From Polyangiales bacterium (GTDB taxonomy: Bacteria > Myxococcota_A > Polyangia > Polyangiales > Houyiibacteriaceae), in assembly GCA_048550275.1 (NCBI GenBank), contig JBLYYU010000248.1, positions 1-43,606 on the forward strand: a DNA stretch of 43,606 nucleotides, read 5' to 3'. The position numbers and the translations under genes were made by a program. Shown in pieces: positions 1 through 8,730 of this stretch (positions are counted from its first letter, which is position 1; each line of letters starts with the position of its first letter). Below the pieces are notes generated by a model. The model was not told the DNA's origin and did not search any database. It saw nothing but the letters and a program-made list of their open reading frames with translations.

Positions 1-165
1 GAAAGGCGGGTTCGGCGGCGACTTTTTGCGCGGCGGCGATGGAGACGATTTTTTGCAAGGCGATCCCACGCCCCGGTTCCCGCGACCCCCCCCACCACAT
101 CCGCGGCCGCCGGCGCCCCGGCACGCAGCCACCCGTCCCACAACCACGCCCAGCAATCCGGGCAG

Positions 166-807
166 CTAGAACGCCCGCCCACCCCTCTCACGCAATAGCC
201 TCAAGAGGTTCCGCACCACGACCGGGCGTACGTCGGTGCTTTCGACTGCCCCGGCGTGCAGCAAGTGCACAGGACGGAAGACGTGTGAGGCGCCGATCAG
301 CTCGCCATCCTGACTCCAGGCGGTTGTGCCGAATTCGGAGCCAACTTCGGCAGCATCGAATCGGTGCCCTGCGGGAAGTGCGAGGCGGAATTTCTCGGGT
401 AGACCGACGAAGAGCCCTTCTCTCGCCGAACCGATGTTGACCAGGCGGCCGCTCGCACGTTCTGCGGACGGCACCGAGCGCGGCGCGCCAAAGATCTCGG
501 CGACCGGGCCTACGGCGGAGCCCACTGCGAGGATCGTTGCGCCGTTCCCACAGAGCTGACGCGTCCATTCTCGCAATCGCTCGCTTCGCGTCGCGCTTGG
601 GCGGGTCGCGAGTATGGCGAGAGTCCCGGGATCCGAATGAAGCCTCGAAGACGAGAGAACCGGCCCCTCGGCCACGTCAAAGCCGTAGTCGCGGAGGTCG
701 GCGGCGAGCTGGAACGCCGAGCCGTCGTGAACCACGGTCGCCTTCCGCGGCCGCGCGCGAACGCGAGAATGTCTATCGTCAGCTTGGTTTCTATTTGTCC
801 GTGCCAT
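166..807 (-). CDS. Class-I glutamine amidotransferase-like protein (TrpG/PabA-like) lacking the nucleophile cysteine
   Basis: 213-aa ORF with ATG at 807. It is collinear with anthranilate/PABA synthase component II. ILAVGSAVGPVAEIFGA sits where the ILGVCLGHQAIGQAFGG nucleophile elbow is expected. GLFVGLPEKF matches GVFAGLPNPF, TTAWSQDGELIGASH matches VTAWTEDGEIMGVRH, and LHAGAVES matches FHPES. There is no Cys at the elbow. Confidence 0.5.
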   Translation of the reverse strand: MARTNRNQADDRHSRVRARPRKATVVHDGSAFQLAADLRDYGFDVAEGPVLSSSRLHSDPGTLAILATRPSATRSERLREWTRQLCGNGATILAVGSAVGPVAEIFGAPRSVPSAERASGRLVNIGSAREGLFVGLPEKFRLALPAGHRFDAAEVGSEFGTTAWSQDGELIGASHVFRPVHLLHAGAVESTDVRPVVVRNLLRLLRERGGRAF

Positions 808-857
808 CGTTCGGGGCTCCCAGCCCCTCTCACGACGGCCCTAGTTCTTTAAACCAA

Positions 858-884
858 GAAGGCCGCCCTGAGAGGCGGCCTTTG
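858..884 (-). terminator. Possible intrinsic terminator hairpin downstream of the 996-1865 gene
   Basis: Perfect 7-bp GC stem, ggccgcc (861-867) / ggcggcc (874-880), with a 6-nt loop. It is flanked by an A-rich run on one side and ttt on the other. It lies in the 188-bp gap between two minus-strand genes. Confidence 0.3.
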
Positions 885-995
885 AGCGACAAATCGCGCA
901 GGCCACCTCAGTCGGTGAACCAAAAAAAGTAGTTACGCAGGATGTCGCTGTGAGTTCTCATTACCTTTCCCATTCTACGGTCGGCCGCGTTTGGG

Positions 996-1865
996 TCAAG
1001 GGGCCGTCCAGCGACCCGACGGAATCGCTGGAAAAGCGTCGCTGTCACCCAAATAGATGTACGTCCAGGCGAGGACTGAGCCTTCGCTCGTCGCAGCGCT
1101 GATCAGTGAGCGCCGGTAGAGCGAGCCTCCTCCATCGTAGCCCAAGAAGTCCTCGTAAGAGTCGAGCTCTCGGAGCGTATCCGGCACATCGCCGACCTCG
1201 TAGAGCTCACCGTGAACAGAACCTTCGTCGCAGAGCACCAGCCCCGGATACCAGTCGATGTGAAGCAGCGTCGCTCGATCTACTCGGGCAGGTCCGTGCG
1301 CATGTATGACGCGAGAGGACAACAAGTCGTGGTTGCGTTCGCCCCGCATCAGGGTTCCATAGGTGAAGACATGCGCCGGACTAGGCTGCGCCGACTCTCC
1401 CGCCGCGGCGCTTAGAAGCGCATCATGGGTGTGACCGAAACGCGAGAGTCCACGCTTGACGATCTCTCGGTACTCCGGCCCTGGAGGGACGAAGCTCCCG
1501 ATTCGCTCATCGCAGACGCAATACGTAGTCGCCGAGTGAGCACGTCCGTCGTCCGTGAGGGCGGTGACCGATATGCGTCGATAGAACCCTCCGGACACGC
1601 CCTCTTTGGCGTCCAGCCCTTCCCAGTCGTGAACGCGGAACAGGGCGCCAGGGATCGCCGTACCGTGTCGCGGATGCAAATCTAGCGCGCCACCTTTACG
1701 CAGACGCGACTGGTAGTGGAACACCAGCTCGTGGTCCGGCAGCCATGCGGGCCCCAGCGATTCGATGGACTCCGGGTCGAATCCCTTGCTCGCGCACCAA
1801 AGAGCCCAGTTCTCAGAATCGAGATTCGAACCGTACGCAAAGTAGAGCACGCGGCAGCGTAGCAC
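996..1865 (-). CDS. Tandem gamma-glutamylcyclotransferase-fold protein (GGCT-like N-domain plus GGACT/AIG2-like C-domain)
   Basis: The N-terminal LYFAYGSNL matches the YGSNL signature of GGCT. The second half carries VFTYGTLMRGERNH and GELYEV, typical of AIG2/GGACT-like proteins. The start is GTG at 1865, and an in-frame GTG five codons downstream is also possible. Confidence 0.7.
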   Translation of the reverse strand: MLRCRVLYFAYGSNLDSENWALWCASKGFDPESIESLGPAWLPDHELVFHYQSRLRKGGALDLHPRHGTAIPGALFRVHDWEGLDAKEGVSGGFYRRISVTALTDDGRAHSATTYCVCDERIGSFVPPGPEYREIVKRGLSRFGHTHDALLSAAAGESAQPSPAHVFTYGTLMRGERNHDLLSSRVIHAHGPARVDRATLLHIDWYPGLVLCDEGSVHGELYEVGDVPDTLRELDSYEDFLGYDGGGSLYRRSLISAATSEGSVLAWTYIYLGDSDAFPAIPSGRWTAP

Positions 1866-1925
1866 TGACCATCGGATACCGGAGCGCTGGCATCGAACCG
1901 GCGACTGTCATAACCTCCGGCCGCG

Positions 1926-2543
1926 ATGGACCGTGACCTCTCAGGCCGATGCGGAACTTGCGGCTGGTACATCCGCAAACGCCAGGAGCCCGATGAGTCA
2001 TGGGTCGGGGATTGCAGGCTTGGGCAAGGTCGTTGGCCGCTCAGGGACATGGCGACCTGCTCGAGCCACAAGCCCAAGGACGTGCCCTGGGATCAGGCGC
2101 TCAAACGAAAGCCCGCTGTCGGTACACCGCGCGCCTATCGCGACGAGCCCGCTCCCAAACCACGCCCCATCATTCCTTCGGAGATTGGAATCGACATGGA
2201 TCAAGAAACGTTTCGACAAGTGCTACGGGAGGTGCTTCTCGACGAGCTCGGCGTTCGCGACGTCGAAATGGGCGACCGCTGGAACGAGGGCGAGCTGGTT
2301 CTCGTTCCAGGCCGAGAGGGCACTCAGGAGAAACGCATACCTCTCGACGTCTTCTTCAAGAAGATCGTCATGGTTCGCGACAAGCTCCGGGTGCTCGAGC
2401 AGAAGGTGAACGGCAACAAGAACCTGAGCGACGAAGACAAAGTCCAGCTCCAGCAGTACATCACCGGCTGCTACGGTTCACTGACCACGTTCAACGTGCT
2501 GTTCAGAACCAAAGACGACCAGTTCTCCGGGCAGAAGAAGTAG
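1926..2543 (+). CDS. Hypothetical protein with an N-terminal Cys-rich segment
   Basis: 205-aa ORF with ATG at 1926. The composition is non-shadow-like (Lys/Glu/Asp/Val-rich C-terminal half, e.g. IPLDVFFKKIVMVRDKLRVLEQKVNGNKNLSDEDK). The N-terminus has CGTCGWY...DCRLG...CSSH. I do not recognise a family. Confidence 0.5.
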   Translation: MDRDLSGRCGTCGWYIRKRQEPDESWVGDCRLGQGRWPLRDMATCSSHKPKDVPWDQALKRKPAVGTPRAYRDEPAPKPRPIIPSEIGIDMDQETFRQVLREVLLDELGVRDVEMGDRWNEGELVLVPGREGTQEKRIPLDVFFKKIVMVRDKLRVLEQKVNGNKNLSDEDKVQLQQYITGCYGSLTTFNVLFRTKDDQFSGQKK

Positions 2544-2559
2544 TCGGCCGCGGCTTTCG

Positions 2560-3024
2560 CTACATCATCCCGAGCTCGAGCTTGGCGGCCTCGGTCATTC
2601 GGTCAGGGGTCCAGGGTGGATCCCAGACCAACTCGACGTGCGAGGTGGAGACGCCTTCGACCCGACCCGATTTCTCTGCGACTTCCTCGACCAACGCCCC
2701 CGCCACCGGACAGGCCGGTGCGGTCAGGGTCATGCGAATCTCAGCGCGACCGTCTTCGTCGACCTCGACTCCGTAGATCAATCCGAGCGCGTAGATGTCC
2801 ACCGGAATCTCCGGATCGTAGATGGTCTGCAGGGCTTCGAGCACGGCGGCCTGCACCTGCTCCCGGTCGATCGGCGCTGCAGGCTTCTCCCCGGTGCCGC
2901 CCACGGCTTCGCTGATCGGTTCGGTAGGCGGATGATGTGGCTCCGTGACCGGCAAGAACACGTGGTCCGAGGTGGACCGCGGCTCGATCTTGTGGATCTT
3001 CAAGCGCTCGATGTCGTCGCCCAC
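2560..3024 (-). CDS. sufT: Fe-S cluster assembly protein, SufT-like (DUF59/MIP18 family)
   Basis: IYDPEIPVDIYALGLIY...MTLTAPACPVAGALVEEV is the DUF59 core with the conserved Cys. GTG start at 3024 with GGAG about 9 nt upstream. It is the last gene of the suf operon. Confidence 0.8.
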   Translation of the reverse strand: MGDDIERLKIHKIEPRSTSDHVFLPVTEPHHPPTEPISEAVGGTGEKPAAPIDREQVQAAVLEALQTIYDPEIPVDIYALGLIYGVEVDEDGRAEIRMTLTAPACPVAGALVEEVAEKSGRVEGVSTSHVELVWDPPWTPDRMTEAAKLELGMM

Positions 3025-3028
3025 CGCT

Positions 3029-3478
3029 CTACTCCGTCTTCACTTCGCCGCCCTCGTTGCGAAGGGCCTGGTTGAGGGTGTGCCACCCGAGGGTGGCGCA
3101 TTTGACGCGCATCGGAAACTCGCGAACGCCAGCAAACACGGCGAGCTTGCCTAGCGTCTCGAAGTCTTCAGCGGCGCCGTCGTCGCTCGTCAACATCGTG
3201 TGGAACTTTCCGAAGAGCCGTTCGACATCGGCGAGCTTCCTGCCCTTGATCGCCTCGGTCATGGTCGAGCACGACGCTTGCGAAATGGCGCAGCCCTGAC
3301 CGACGAAGCCAATGTCGGTGATGGTATCGCCGTCCAGTTGCAAGCGCAGGGCGACCTTGTCGCCGCAAAGCGGATTGTACCCGCGGCCTTCACGATTGTA
3401 CGGCTCTGGGAATTGGTGGTTCCGCGGGTTCTTTCCGTGATCGAGGATCACTTCTTGGTAGAGCTCACGAAGATCCAT
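3029..3478 (-). CDS. sufU: SUF-type Fe-S scaffold/sulfur acceptor SufU (NifU/IscU-like)
   Basis: LYQEVILDHGKNPRN, NPLCGD, GQGCAISQAS and CATL are the SufU/IscU signature Cys motifs. The ATG overlaps the sufS stop by 1 nt (TGATG). Confidence 0.85.
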   Translation of the reverse strand: MDLRELYQEVILDHGKNPRNHQFPEPYNREGRGYNPLCGDKVALRLQLDGDTITDIGFVGQGCAISQASCSTMTEAIKGRKLADVERLFGKFHTMLTSDDGAAEDFETLGKLAVFAGVREFPMRVKCATLGWHTLNQALRNEGGEVKTE

Positions 3479-4734
3479 CAGCCGAACAGCTCCTGTACTT
3501 TCTCGAGTGCTTTGGTTAGCGCGTCGATGTCGTCCGTCGTGTTGTAGATTCCGAGAGAGGCACGCGCTGTCGCAGCGATACCGAAGTGCTCCATCACGGG
3601 TTGCGCGCAGTGGTGACCCGTCCGGATGGCGACACCTTCCGAATCGACGATGGTGCCGATGTCATGCGGGTGTGCGCAGTCCATCAGGAAAGAGAGCACG
3701 GCGACCTTGCCAGGCGCGGTGCCGATGGGCCGCAAACCCGAAACCGACTCGAGCGCATCGCTCGCGTAGCGTAGGACCGCTTCTTCGTGCGTTAGGACGG
3801 CCTCTGCATCGAAGGAGTTGAAGTAGTCGATCGCGGCGCCGAGTCCGATCGCGCCGGCGATGTTCGGGGTGCCGGCTTCAAACTTGTAGGGCAATTCGTT
3901 GTAGATCGTCTCTTCAAAGGTGACAGAACGAATCATGTCGCCGCCACCCTGGTACGGCGGCATCGCATCGAGGAGGCGCTCCTTCGCGTACAGTGCGCCG
4001 ATCCCGGTTGGGCCATAGAGCTTGTGGCCGCTGAAAACGTAGAAATCGCATCCAAGCGCTTGGACGTCGACATCGACGTGGGAAACGGCTTGCGCCCCGT
4101 CTAGCAGCACGACGGCACCGCGATCCTGCGCAAGGGAAATGAGCTCAGCGACGGGCAAGACGGTGCCGAGCGCGTTCGAAACGTGAGCGATCGCCGCCAG
4201 GCGCGTCCTATCGCTGAGACGCTCCTCGAACGCTGCTGGCAAGATCTCACCGAGGTCGTTCATCGGAACGACGACGAGCTTTGCTCCGGTTTGCTGGCAG
4301 AGGATCTGCCAGGGCACGATGTTCGAATGGTGCTCGAGCTCAGTGACGAGGATTTCGTCGCCTTCGCGAAGGGAGCTTCGGCCCCAGCTCTGCGCCACGA
4401 GATTGATCGCTTCGGTCGTACCGCGCGTGAAAACGACTTCCGTCTTACTAGCGGCGTTCAAGAACGCGCGGACTTTGCCCCGTGCCTCCTCGTAGCGGGC
4501 GGTGGCTCGCTGGGAGAGCAGGTGAACCGCCCTGTGGATGTTGGCGCAATCCTTCGCGTACACCTCGTTGACGGCGTCGATCACAGCCTGCGGCTTGAGC
4601 GAGGTCGCCGCGCTGTCCAAATAGACCAGCGGCTTACCGTGCACTTCTTGATGCAGGGCAGGGAAATCTTCGCGGACCTTCCGGACGTCGAACGCTGATG
4701 AAGCGGTGGCGGCGACGGGCGTGAGCTCGTTCAC
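3478..4734 (-). CDS. sufS: Cysteine desulfurase SufS (class V aminotransferase, group II)
   Basis: FPALHQEVHGKPLVYLDSAATSLKP, FSGHKLYGPTGIGALY (PLP lysine) and RTGHHCAQP (active-site Cys loop). The GTG start overlaps the sufD stop (GTGA). Confidence 0.9.
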   Translation of the reverse strand: MNELTPVAATASSAFDVRKVREDFPALHQEVHGKPLVYLDSAATSLKPQAVIDAVNEVYAKDCANIHRAVHLLSQRATARYEEARGKVRAFLNAASKTEVVFTRGTTEAINLVAQSWGRSSLREGDEILVTELEHHSNIVPWQILCQQTGAKLVVVPMNDLGEILPAAFEERLSDRTRLAAIAHVSNALGTVLPVAELISLAQDRGAVVLLDGAQAVSHVDVDVQALGCDFYVFSGHKLYGPTGIGALYAKERLLDAMPPYQGGGDMIRSVTFEETIYNELPYKFEAGTPNIAGAIGLGAAIDYFNSFDAEAVLTHEEAVLRYASDALESVSGLRPIGTAPGKVAVLSFLMDCAHPHDIGTIVDSEGVAIRTGHHCAQPVMEHFGIAATARASLGIYNTTDDIDALTKALEKVQELFG

Positions 4735-5948
4735 GTAACCTCCCGAACCTCTTCGCCGCGAGGGACTCTGGCGAGCAGCGCTTCCCGCATTCGCGTGCGC
4801 GTCGGTTCATGGCTCACCCGGTCGACGATCGACTCGAGGAAAGCATATGTGAGCATCGTATGCGCCAGCTCCTCGGGGATGCCGCGAGTGCGCAGGTAGA
4901 AGAGCTGGTCCTCGTCGAGCGCGCCGACTGTGGCGCCGTGGCTGCAAACCACGTCGTCGGCGTCGATTTCCAGATGCGGTTTGGTGTGCACGGTAGCGGA
5001 GTCGGAGAGCAGCAGGTTGCGGTTCTCCTGATGGGCCTCGGTCTTCTGAGCGTCGCGGTGAACGATGACGACGCCGTCCCAGACGGCTGTCCCCTTCCCC
5101 GACGCTATCCCGCGGTACGTCTGCTCGCTTCTGCAATGGGGCGCCTGATGCTCGACCAAGGTGTGGTGGTCGACATGGTCCTCGCCCTCTACCAGGTAGG
5201 CGCCGTCGAGCTGGCATTCAGCACCTCGGCCCTGGAGAAGGCAGCGGACGTCGAAACGATGAAGCGCGCCGCTGAGGGTCACCACGGTCGATCGGTACCG
5301 GCTGTCCGCATCTTGCCGGACGTCGACGCGGCCGACTTGCAACCCGGCGTTCTCGTGCACGCGAACGTGGCTCATCTTGGCGTTTCGGCCGAGCTCGATC
5401 TCAACGACGGAGTTGGTGAGGCGCTCCCCTCGGGTACCGGCGTAGCTCTCAATCAGCGTGAGCTCCGCGGACTCGCCCAGGGTGACGAGCATGCGTGGAT
5501 ACGAGACGCTCGATTCGGGTCCCCCGGACATCAGGTGGCGAACCTCAACCGGCAATTCGACGCATTCGCCGGCAGGGACATCGATCCAAATTCCGTCTTC
5601 GAACAGGGCGGTGTTGAGGGCCGCGAAGTGGCTGGGAGCGCCCGCAAGTTCGAGGCGCCCGTCGAGGAGGTCGGGCTCTTCCGCAAGGACCTTCGCGAGA
5701 CTCCGGGCGACCACTCCGTCTGGAAGCTCGGATGAGAAGGCTGGCGCGCTGTCGCGGTCGCGCGAGAAGTCCGCACCGACGATCGAACGCACCGGAGTGA
5801 AGCGCCAGGCCTCGGTGCGTTTCGTGGGCAGCCCGTCGCTGCGAAGGTTGTCCGCCGCACGGTCACGAAGCCCACGCAGCCAGTCGGGCCCGGTGTCGAA
5901 CGAGCTGGGTACGCTCGCGAGCAGCGTCTGCTGGTTTGCTCCAGTCAC
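4731..5948 (-). CDS. sufD: Fe-S cluster assembly protein SufD
   Basis: It sits between sufC and sufS. The C-terminal region (HQENRNLLLSDSATVHTKPHLEIDADDVVCSHGATVGALDEDQLFYLRTRGI) is the SufB/SufD beta-helix signature. The GTG start overlaps the sufC stop (GTGA). Confidence 0.85.
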   Translation of the reverse strand: MTGANQQTLLASVPSSFDTGPDWLRGLRDRAADNLRSDGLPTKRTEAWRFTPVRSIVGADFSRDRDSAPAFSSELPDGVVARSLAKVLAEEPDLLDGRLELAGAPSHFAALNTALFEDGIWIDVPAGECVELPVEVRHLMSGGPESSVSYPRMLVTLGESAELTLIESYAGTRGERLTNSVVEIELGRNAKMSHVRVHENAGLQVGRVDVRQDADSRYRSTVVTLSGALHRFDVRCLLQGRGAECQLDGAYLVEGEDHVDHHTLVEHQAPHCRSEQTYRGIASGKGTAVWDGVVIVHRDAQKTEAHQENRNLLLSDSATVHTKPHLEIDADDVVCSHGATVGALDEDQLFYLRTRGIPEELAHTMLTYAFLESIVDRVSHEPTRTRMREALLARVPRGEEVREVT

Positions 5949-6697
5949 GGTTGCTGGGCGTCCCGAACCTCGGCGTACCCCTCTTTTTCGAGCTGCTTCG
6001 CGAGATTCTTGTCTCCGGTTCGAACGACCCGGCCATCGATGAGGACATGCACGACGTCCGGAACGATGTAGTCGAGAAGGCGCTGGTAGTGCGTGATGAC
6101 GAGCATGGAGCGCTCGGGGCCGCGTAGAGCGTTCACGCCTTCGGCGACGACCTTCAGTGCGTCGATATCGAGCCCAGAATCGGTTTCGTCGAGCACGGCG
6201 AGCGACGGCTCGAGCATGGCCATCTGGAAGATTTCGTTTCGCTTCTTCTCACCGCCGCTGAATCCGTCGTTGACCGAGCGCTTGGTGAGCTCGTCCGGAA
6301 GCTGAACCAGTGCTGCTTTCTTTTTCGAGAGCATCATGAAATCGATGGCGTCGAGAGGCGGCTCGCCGCGGTGTTTTCGAATCGCGTTGAGTGCGGCCTT
6401 GAGGAAGTAGATGTTGCTCACCCCGGGTATCGCCACTGGGTACTGGAAGCCGAGAAACAGGCCTTCCGCGGCACGCTGTTCCGGTTCCATGTCGAGCAGA
6501 TCCTGGCCCTTGTAGGTGACCCGGCCTCTCGTGACCTCGTAGCCGTCGCGGCCCGCCAATACGTACGCGAGCGTGCTCTTGCCGGAACCGTTCGGCCCCA
6601 TGATCGCGTGTACTTGCCCCGCCTCGATCTCGAGGTTGATCCCCTTGAGGATGACTTTGCCGTCTACTTCGACGTGCAGGTCCTCGATCTTCAACAT
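5945..6697 (-). CDS. sufC: Fe-S cluster assembly ATPase SufC
   Basis: Walker A GPNGSGKST, ABC signature FSGGEKKR, Walker B LAVLDETDSGLD and VITHYQRLL. Confidence 0.95.
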   Translation of the reverse strand: MLKIEDLHVEVDGKVILKGINLEIEAGQVHAIMGPNGSGKSTLAYVLAGRDGYEVTRGRVTYKGQDLLDMEPEQRAAEGLFLGFQYPVAIPGVSNIYFLKAALNAIRKHRGEPPLDAIDFMMLSKKKAALVQLPDELTKRSVNDGFSGGEKKRNEIFQMAMLEPSLAVLDETDSGLDIDALKVVAEGVNALRGPERSMLVITHYQRLLDYIVPDVVHVLIDGRVVRTGDKNLAKQLEKEGYAEVRDAQQP

Positions 6698-8145
6698 CAG
6701 CCGACCGCTCCTTCCAAACTAACGCCGAGGAGCTTCTGCGCCTCGACCGCAAATTCCATCGGCAGCTCTTTCAACACCTGCTTGGCGAAGCCGTTGACGA
6801 TCAAGCTCACCGAATCCTCTTCGGAGAGCCCGCGTTGCCGGCAGTAGAAAAGCTGGTCGTCTCCGATGCGCGACGTCGTAGCCTCGTGCTCGAGCTTCGA
6901 AGAGCTGTTCCGCACGTCGACGTACGGAACCGTGTGCGCGCCACACTTGTCACCGATCAGAAGCGAGTCGCACTGAGTGTAGTTCCGCGCATTGCTGGCA
7001 CCGCGGGAGATCTTGACCCCGCCGCGGTACGTCTGCTGCCCGTGCCCGGCGCTGATACCTTTGGAAATAATGGTAGATTTCGTGTTCTTGCCGAGGTGGA
7101 TCATCTTGGTGCCCGTATCGGCTTGCTGCCGGTGGTTGCTCAAGGCCACCGAATAGAACTCCCCGATCGAGTCGTCTCCCTTGAGAATGCAGCTCGGGTA
7201 CTTCCAGGTGATCGCCGAACCAGTCTCCACCTGCGTCCAGCTGATCTTGGAACGCGCGCCCTCGCAGAGACCGCGTTTGGTGACGAAGTTGAGGATGCCG
7301 CCCTTCCCGTTCTCGTCGCCGGGGTACCAGTTCTGGACGGTGGAGTACTTGATCTCGGCGTCTTGATGAGCGACGAGCTCGACGACGGCCGCATGCAGCT
7401 GGTTCTCGTCACGCATCGGCGCGGTGCAGCCTTCGAGATAGCTCACGTAGCTGCCCTCATCTGCGATGATCAGAGTGCGCTCGAACTGCCCGGTCTTCGC
7501 GGCGTTGATTCGGAAGTACGTGGAGAGCTCCATCGGGCAGCGAACGCCTTTTGGAATGTAGACGACCGAACCGTCGCTGAACACCGCGCTGTTCAGCGCC
7601 GCGTAGAAGTTGTCCGAGACCGGGACGACCGAACCGAGGTACTTCCTGATCAGCTCCGGGTGCTCCCTCACCGCCTCCGAGAACGGCATGAAGATGACGC
7701 CGACCTCGGATAGCTTTTTGCGGAACGTCGTCGCGACCGAAACGCTGTCGAAGACTGCGTCGACCGCCACGCCGGCGAGCACTTCGCGTTCGTGCAGCGG
7801 AATTCCTAGCTTTTCGTAGGTTTCGAGGAGCTCCGGGTCGACTTCGTCGAGGCTCTTGGGTGCGTCTTCATTGGTCTTGGGTGCAGCGTAGTAGCAGATG
7901 TCTTGGAAATCGATTCGCGGGTAGCTCACCTTCGCCCAGGTCGGCTCTTTCATCTCGAGCCAGCGCCGGTATGCCTTGAGCCGCCACTCGAGCAACCACT
8001 CGGGCTCTTCCTTCTTGTTGGAGATGAAGGCGACGATCTCTTCACTCAGACCGGGCGGAGCGTACTCTTGCTCGATGTCGGTGACGAAGCCTGCGTCGTA
8101 TCTCTTCTTGAGAAGGTCGTCGATTTGTTCGGTGCTTGCTGACAT
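6697..8145 (-). CDS. sufB: Fe-S cluster assembly scaffold SufB
   Basis: 482 aa with characteristic SufB blocks ([45 protein letters not shown]). Confidence 0.95.
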   Translation of the reverse strand: MSASTEQIDDLLKKRYDAGFVTDIEQEYAPPGLSEEIVAFISNKKEEPEWLLEWRLKAYRRWLEMKEPTWAKVSYPRIDFQDICYYAAPKTNEDAPKSLDEVDPELLETYEKLGIPLHEREVLAGVAVDAVFDSVSVATTFRKKLSEVGVIFMPFSEAVREHPELIRKYLGSVVPVSDNFYAALNSAVFSDGSVVYIPKGVRCPMELSTYFRINAAKTGQFERTLIIADEGSYVSYLEGCTAPMRDENQLHAAVVELVAHQDAEIKYSTVQNWYPGDENGKGGILNFVTKRGLCEGARSKISWTQVETGSAITWKYPSCILKGDDSIGEFYSVALSNHRQQADTGTKMIHLGKNTKSTIISKGISAGHGQQTYRGGVKISRGASNARNYTQCDSLLIGDKCGAHTVPYVDVRNSSSKLEHEATTSRIGDDQLFYCRQRGLSEEDSVSLIVNGFAKQVLKELPMEFAVEAQKLLGVSLEGAVG

Positions 8146-8158
8146 GCCTCACTCCAAC

Positions 8159-8650
8159 TCAGTGGACTTCGCTCCCTGAGGGATGTGCGGACCGCATTTG
8201 GTCCGCCTCTTTGCTGGACCGCGCGATCGAGACCAACTCGGCGACGCCTGGAAAAGCCATGTCCGCAAGACTGATTTCGGACAGGGCGCGATGAACCGCG
8301 TGGTTGATGCGCTGCCAGTTGGCGCGCACCCCGCAGCTCGTTTCGTATTCACAAGACGAGTCCGCCGTTTCGTCCGAACATTCGGTCACGGCGATTGGAC
8401 CTTCCACCGCCTCGATGATCTCGTGAACGCCGATCGCTTCCGGGCTTCGGGCGAGCGCGTAGCCGCCCTTGGCGCCACGCTGCGACGTCACGACCCCGGC
8501 ACGAGCAAGCGTCTTGAGAACTTTGCTCGCGGTAGGCTCTGGAATCTGCGTCTGCACGGCGAGATCGCGGGCCGCGTGGGGCCCTTCGGCCGCCGCCAGA
8601 TGCGTAGCCAGAACGACTGCGTAGTCGGTCAATTTAGAAATCCGTAGCAT
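8159..8650 (-). CDS. Rrf2-family transcriptional regulator (IscR/SufR-like), first gene of the suf operon
   Basis: MLRISKLTDYAVVLATHLA and the wHTH region LAVQTQIPEPTASKVLKTLARAGVVTSQRGAKGGYALA. The C-terminal half has Cys residues (CSDETADSSCEYETSC) that could bind a cluster. Confidence 0.85.
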   Translation of the reverse strand: MLRISKLTDYAVVLATHLAAAEGPHAARDLAVQTQIPEPTASKVLKTLARAGVVTSQRGAKGGYALARSPEAIGVHEIIEAVEGPIAVTECSDETADSSCEYETSCGVRANWQRINHAVHRALSEISLADMAFPGVAELVSIARSSKEADQMRSAHPSGSEVH

Positions 8651-8669
8651 TTTCAGTGGGTTACATACC

Positions 8670-8684
8670 GGACTGTTTCAGTCC
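8670..8684. promoter_or_regulatory. Perfect palindrome in the rrf2/PNPOx divergent promoter gap (candidate operator)
   Basis: ggactg-ttt-cagtcc is a perfect 6+6 inverted repeat. It lies 20 bp upstream of the rrf2 ATG (8650), inside the 80-bp divergent gap. Confidence 0.25.
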
Positions 8685-8730
8685 TATATCCGGATCTAGA
8701 GTACTGTCGACTGGGTGTCAAGGTTGGCCC

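Noticed and set aside
39-440. 133-aa plus-strand ORF at the window start, and other small ORFs up to 932.
   Set aside because: They are Arg/Pro-rich shadow ORFs opposite the amidotransferase-like gene or lie in the terminator-containing gap. They show no coding signal.
4809-7713. Long plus-strand ORFs (4809-5735, 6371-6847, 6835-7713) opposite sufD, sufC and sufB.
   Set aside because: They are antisense to unmistakable SUF genes. Their composition is low-complexity and Arg/Ala/Val/Asp-rich, and they have no recognisable motifs.
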